This document shows positions 62,601 to 64,000 of a stretch of 64,000 nucleotides of DNA, piece by piece. Source of the DNA: Blasia pusilla (lineage: Eukaryota); contig CM114271.1 of assembly GCA_050084515.1 (NCBI GenBank), positions 15,314,001-15,378,000 of the forward strand, given 5' to 3'. The notes beneath the pieces are model-generated. The model was given only the letters and a program-made list of their open reading frames with translations, was not told the DNA's origin and did not search any database. Both the position numbers and the translations under genes were made by a program. Position 1 is the first letter of the stretch. Each line of letters begins with the position of its first letter.

Positions 62601-64000
62601 GGTGTTGGTCAGTGATCATGGCATGACTGATGGTGGTAATCATGGAGGGGCTACTCATCAGGAGACTGATGCCCTTGCTCTTTTCATAACGGCCTCTGGC
62701 TCTAAACATAAGTTCAACCTGCCAGCTGAGACGGATTCAGATTGGAATAAAAGGGGTTCAGCATATCAGGTATCCGCTTTAGTTCGAATTACCGCATATG
62801 GATTTGGCTGCATAGACGCTTTGTAGATAATCGCCTGGATAGCCTTGAGTTGTAAGTAACGCACAGATTGAGGGCCTGACTGAGTTTACAGGTCGTGAAA
62901 CATCCAGATTCTGAGCATCCTTCATTCAACTCCTTAGAATCGGTTCGGACTTGGTTATAGCTTCTCTCGTAATAGGCTTCCCGCTCCTTAGGCGTATTCA
63001 TCTTACGCAGTGAGTGCTTGACTAATTCATTACTTTCTTAGCTGGTCACTGTTTTAAAGATCCACATTGCATTTAACCCTGTTGGTGTAGTGAGCTGATG
63101 AAACTGTCTTCGGGTGTCAGGTGGATCTAGTGCCAACAATGGCTCTGCTCCTAGGAGTCCCAATTCCGAGAAACAGTGTCGGAGCTTTGCTTCAACCGCT
63201 TTTCTCCACTCTAACACGTTAGTCTCTTAACTGTTGACTCTCTTAAACATTCCACGTCATTTGCGTCTCTCCATTCAACATCAGCAAGAACGGTCTCATC
63301 CCATCGCCAGGATACTGATGCTTATCAGCGATATCATGAATAAACAAAAGTTCCTGACGCAAGTCTCTCTTTCTTCCCTTAAGTTGTTCTCTATTTCTTG
63401 CAAACCTGTAGATGTTAAGGCAGTCCAGGTGTTGGACCTCGAAGATGGCATACTGCATTTCCACTCATTAGGACTATAACCCTCACGCATTATTGGTGTC
63501 TTGCAGCTGAGCTACAGCTGAGGGCCATGGAACTAAATTCATGGCAACTCTTCAGGCTTCTGCATGTGCGATCTCCTCACTCAACTTGTATGGCCGAAGT
63601 CTGTAAAATGCAAGAGCCAGGAAAGCGCCACCATTTTCCGTCCACATCCAAGACTGGTGACAAAGTGGAAATACTTTGCACCTTATTCAGTGTGGCAGTG
63701 GATATGCACAATGAATGGTCTCGCAGACAAGGGGAAACCCCAAGGTTTCTTCTCAAAAACAATTCTGGGCTTCAACCTTTGCTAGCGTGGACAGCAGCTG
63801 CATTTGTTGATCATGATTTCTGCACAATACGGAAGACTAGGGTTTCCGTTGAAGGGAAGTGGTGATTGCTTATTATGTGTGGTGTGATAAGATATTGTTG
63901 GTGTGACAAGAAATTGTTCCCAATCACAGTAGAACCTTGCTGCATTCTTGTCGCAAACTTCCAGTAGGCTTCCAACTTCTGCTCTTTCTACTGTAAAAAG
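59605..64000 (+). CDS. PIGG: Multi-exon GPI ethanolamine phosphate transferase 2 (PIG-G/GPI7-like), 5' part; continues beyond the window
   Basis: N-terminal TM plus GFFPVKP, then LYDRLVFM/VVDGL, APPTVTMPRLK/AMTSG, GDETWLRLFP, EVDNNVTRHL, LHYLGLDHVGH, KLKEMD, VSDHGMTDGGNHGG and VDLVPTMALLLGVPIP on GT-AG-bounded exons. Confidence 0.9.

Overview
Eukaryotic nuclear DNA, most likely from a seed-free land plant with flagellated sperm (bryophyte/liverwort-like; this is an inference from gene content and TE types). From left to right: a short plant-mitochondrial 26S rRNA fragment at the window edge and a possible first exon (1-630). Next is a largely AT-rich graveyard of decayed transposons (about 1.1-22 kb and 33-48.4 kb) holding mini-Helitrons, hAT-type MITEs with 8-bp TSDs, Copia and LINE fragments, and two near-identical solo LTRs. 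A mostly non-coding single-copy-looking block (22-33 kb) carries a pre-miRNA-like hairpin. Two divergent multi-exon host genes close the window: a DRC10/IQCD-like flagellar gene (minus strand) and a PIGG/GPI7-like GPI ethanolamine-phosphate transferase (plus strand, runs off the window). The standout is a degenerate Ty3/Gypsy retrotransposon (about 36.5-44.1 kb) with a DNMT3-like C5 cytosine methyltransferase domain between protease and reverse transcriptase. A second, unrelated decayed beta-class N6/N4 amino-methyltransferase lies at about 7.4-8.0 kb. All calls come from manual reading and motif recognition; no searches were run.
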